Shown here: one piece after another, positions 60,331 through 64,000 of the stretch
Position numbering within the stretch: position 1 is the first letter of the stretch
Layout: the number at the start of each line of letters is the position of its first letter
Origin: the human T2T-CHM13v2.0 reference genome, Homo sapiens
Assembly: GCF_009914755.1 (NCBI RefSeq)
Contig: NC_060947.1
Reading direction: 5' to 3' (one strand)
DNA: 64,000 bases
The notes under the pieces: model-generated
The model's database searches: none
Told to the model about the DNA's origin: nothing
The model's input: only the letters and a program-made list of their open reading frames with translations
Position numbers and translations under genes: made by a program

Positions 60331-60885
60331 TAAAGTAGTTGACAGTGTATTGATATGAGATGATTTGCATGGAAGTAGGAAGATGAATGTGCAGAAAAAT
60401 TGCTGATTTTCAAGAGACATAATTTCAGACAAAGATTTACTAAATTGTTCTGGCTTGGCTGATGGTAACCCATCACTTGTGCCGTGACTCGGAGCCATAA
60501 AGGAAAATATATCAAATAGAAAAATGAAATATATTAAGGTGTTATTGCAAAATGCATGTGATGTTTAGGTTACATTGTCTTGCTTATGAAGACACAGCTA
60601 AGTAATAGTACATATCAAATGTAAACTTCATGGAGAGATGACCAGTGGTTAATAGTTTTATGTAATATTTGTTATCGCATAAAACACAGAAAATTCAGAA
60701 GTAGATTTATAGTAAAAACCAATGGGGTTTAATGATATAGGAATTGCTATTCCAGTAAAGTACAGAAAAAAAACTCTCATTAAAAAGCATAAAGGTTGAT
60801 TTATTTAAATTGCGGTGGGTTTGTTTACTAACTTCAGTGGATAAAGTTCTATAGTAAGAAAAAGGAGGCACAAAAAGATCCAGGA

Positions 60886-61247
<362 letters not shown>

Positions 61248-61557
61248 TCACGCTCAAAATGGATATTGGTTGTCATAATGTGTTTAAAATACTCTAGCAT
61301 AATCTTTAAAGAAAAATGATGGTCATCCTTTCGTTATAGTGACAAGTCACTACTTATTTATGTTTTGAATTGAGATTTGTTTATTTTTTTCCACTGCCTT
61401 ATTGCAAAGCACTTGTCACATAAAATATATGCTCAAGGGCCTTGGAAAGCCAATGAAGTGAGTTATACATGGGCTGAGATTAATCAGTTTATTATTTCTT
61501 AAGCTTAGTAGCTATAAGTAAAAGTAAAATGCAATTCAGTATTTGAAAATGCCACAT

Positions 61558-61571
61558 ACTGCCCTCTGGAG
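61558..61571 (-). promoter_or_regulatory. CTCF-like core motif (candidate)
   Basis: Minus strand CTCCAGAGGGCAGT resembles the CTCF core CCASYAGRKGGCR; motif match only. Confidence 0.3.
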
Positions 61572-61656
61572 TTTTCCATGCAGAAGAAGAAATAGAAAAA
61601 TGAGAATTGCAAGGATTTAGAAACGACATGGAGTAGCTTTTAAAAATAAGATTCCA

Positions 61657-62042
<386 letters not shown>

Positions 62043-62054
62043 TTACTCTAGCTT

Positions 62055-62540
62055 AGTAGTGCTAAAACTTTAGCCTGCATCAGAATTAGCTAGGGAGCTG
62101 GTTATACACAACTTGTTAGGCCTCAGCCCTGGAGTTTCTGATACCGTAGGTCTGGGGTAGAGTTTGGTAATTTGCTTTTTTTTTTTTTTTTTTTTTCTTT
62201 TTGATACGGAGTCTTGCTCTGCCGCCCAGGCTGAAGTGCAGTGGTGCGATCTCGGCTCACTACAAGCTCCACCTCCCGGGTTCACGCCATTCTCCTGCCT
62301 CAGCCGCCTGAGTAGCTGGGACCACAGGCGCCCACCACCACGCCTGGCTAATTTTTTTTTTTTTTTGTATTTTTTTAGTAGAGACGGGGTTTCACCGTGT
62401 TAGCCAGGATGGTCTCAATCTCCTGACCTCATGATCCATCCACCCATGTAGGCCTCCCAAAGTGGGTACTTCGCTTTTTTGACAGGTTTCTAGGTGATGT
62501 TGATGCTGCTGGTCTAGGAACCACACTTTGAGAACCCTTG
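62055..62540. mobile_element. MER5A split by an Alu
   Basis: gcatcagaattagctagggag...gtttctgataccgtaggtctgggg; resumes caggtttctaggtgatgttgatgctgctggtctaggaaccacactttgagaacc. Confidence 0.85.
62176..62464 (-). mobile_element. Alu SINE (AluY/Sc-like), slightly 5'-truncated
   Basis: Antisense Alu ending at ggcctcccaaagtg; TT(T/C)GCTTTTTT on both flanks. Confidence 0.96.
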
Positions 62541-63687
62541 TCCGAGTTTCTCATAAGCAAATTTGAAACAAACAAAAAAAGCAACTTCAAAGGAATTCCT
62601 CAACTTTTTTATAAATGCACTTACTATGGATGGTTACCTTTAGAAAATTTACAAGGAAAAATCTTGAAATTTTATGGGGATTGTTGAAAGAGGAACATTT
62701 GTTTCATTCGATTTTTTTCCTCTCTAGCAACTTAAGGGATCCATACTTACGTCTGATGGTCATTTCTGGACTTACAAAGACAATACGATACAATTCTGTT
62801 TGTGGTGAATAGACTTTCTGTATGATGAATGGGTATTAGTTTGAAAATGTGTCCCCTTTCTGCTGTATTGTGCCCCCTTCCCCACTAAAATCCTCAATGC
62901 CATTTACCAATCTTTTCCTGAAGATTTCTTGTTATTGACAAGCAGAGGGAGATTGGACCGTGATTCAAATGAGGTTGACAAAAACCAGAAAGCATTTGAT
63001 TTCAAGACTCTAAATTTACCCAACGTTTTGTTCTGGGGATTTGGATATTTTGGTTATAATGGTCGTGATACTTCCTGACTCATCAGTCTTCTCAGCATTC
63101 TCATTTCCCTTACAACTCAATTGAAGGCTGGCCCCAGAGGAACTGGGGATCTGTCAAGTAGTGTTCATCTCCCTTCTCCTATAAAGGGAGATGACTGTAT
63201 AGTCAACTGAGCTGAATTCTGCTTCAGTGGAGAAGAAACAAATAAGGGAGAAGCAGTTCTGCCCATTAGAGGACATACCATAATACATTGTTGATGATGG
63301 AGCAGGGGGGATGCCTTTCTTTTTCTCTGAGAAAGAACAGACCAGTTTTGCTTTAATCACTTGTTTTATTGGCTCATTTTGAAGATGTATTGAATCATCT
63401 GATCATTACATTCACAATTATACTCTTAATGAACTATTTTTTCTCACTGTAGTTACACTGAACTTCTCCCAAAAATTCGATTGCTGTCTCCAGCTGAATA
63501 GACCTATTTTATTTTATGAAAAATTGGCACAAAATGCTTCTGTTCTTTTCTAGGGCAGAGTGGTTAATTTCATTTGAAATATACTTGGTTTTCTTATAAG
63601 AATCACTGTGTATACATATAAGTACATTTGCATAAAATACAACATTTAAAATAAAAGTATTGTTTAAGGTACTGTATTGTTTAAATT

Positions 63688-64000
63688 AATTTTCTATTAT
63701 TATACTTTAAGTTCTAGGGTACATGTGCACAACGTGCAGGTTTGTTACATAGGTATACATGTGCCATGTTGGTTTGCTGCACCCATCAACTCATCACTTA
63801 CATTAGGTATTTCTCCTAATGCTATCCCTCCCCCAGCCCCCGACCCCATGACAGGCCCGGTGTGTGATGTTCCCCTCCCTGTATCCAAGTGTTCTCATTG
63901 TTCAGTTCCCACTTATGAGTGAGAATATGTCGTGTTTGGTTTTCTGTCCTTGTGATAGTTTGCTCAGAATGATGGTTTCCAGCTTCATCTATGTCCCTGC
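63688..64000 (-). mobile_element. Primate L1PA 3' end (continues beyond window)
   Basis: attattatactttaagttctagggtacatgtgcacaacgtgcaggtttgttacat...gatggtttccagcttcatc is classic antisense L1PA 3' UTR. Confidence 0.97.

Overview
This is AT-rich primate (very probably human) genomic DNA dominated by interspersed repeats. It holds about 26 Alu/FRAM SINEs, several L1, L2 and MIR fragments, six solo LTRs (THE1, MST, MLT1 and an ERVL-like one) and DNA-transposon fossils (MER5, MER33, Tigger-family MITEs). I cannot recognise any protein-coding gene, CpG island, tRNA/rRNA/snRNA or processed pseudogene. Nearly all supplied ORFs are Alu-, L1- or tandem-repeat-derived, or chance ORFs. All six LTRs and most L1 pieces lie on the minus strand, which suggests (inference only) a large intron of a plus-strand gene. 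The most notable sequence-level observations are: a palindromic 26-bp AT-rich minisatellite grown inside an old L1 (about 54.6-55.1 kb); a UG-tract-flanked, in-frame 84-nt pseudo-exon resembling a TDP-43-repressed cryptic exon (50.9 kb); two minus-strand exon pairs whose splice acceptors sit in stem-loops (17 kb, 63 kb); a minisatellite that multiplies a splice-donor motif (23.1 kb); and closely spaced inverted Alu pairs. I found no convincing new biological system. Repeat subfamily names come from recalled consensus sequences, repeat boundaries are approximate, and all exon calls are unverified hypotheses.
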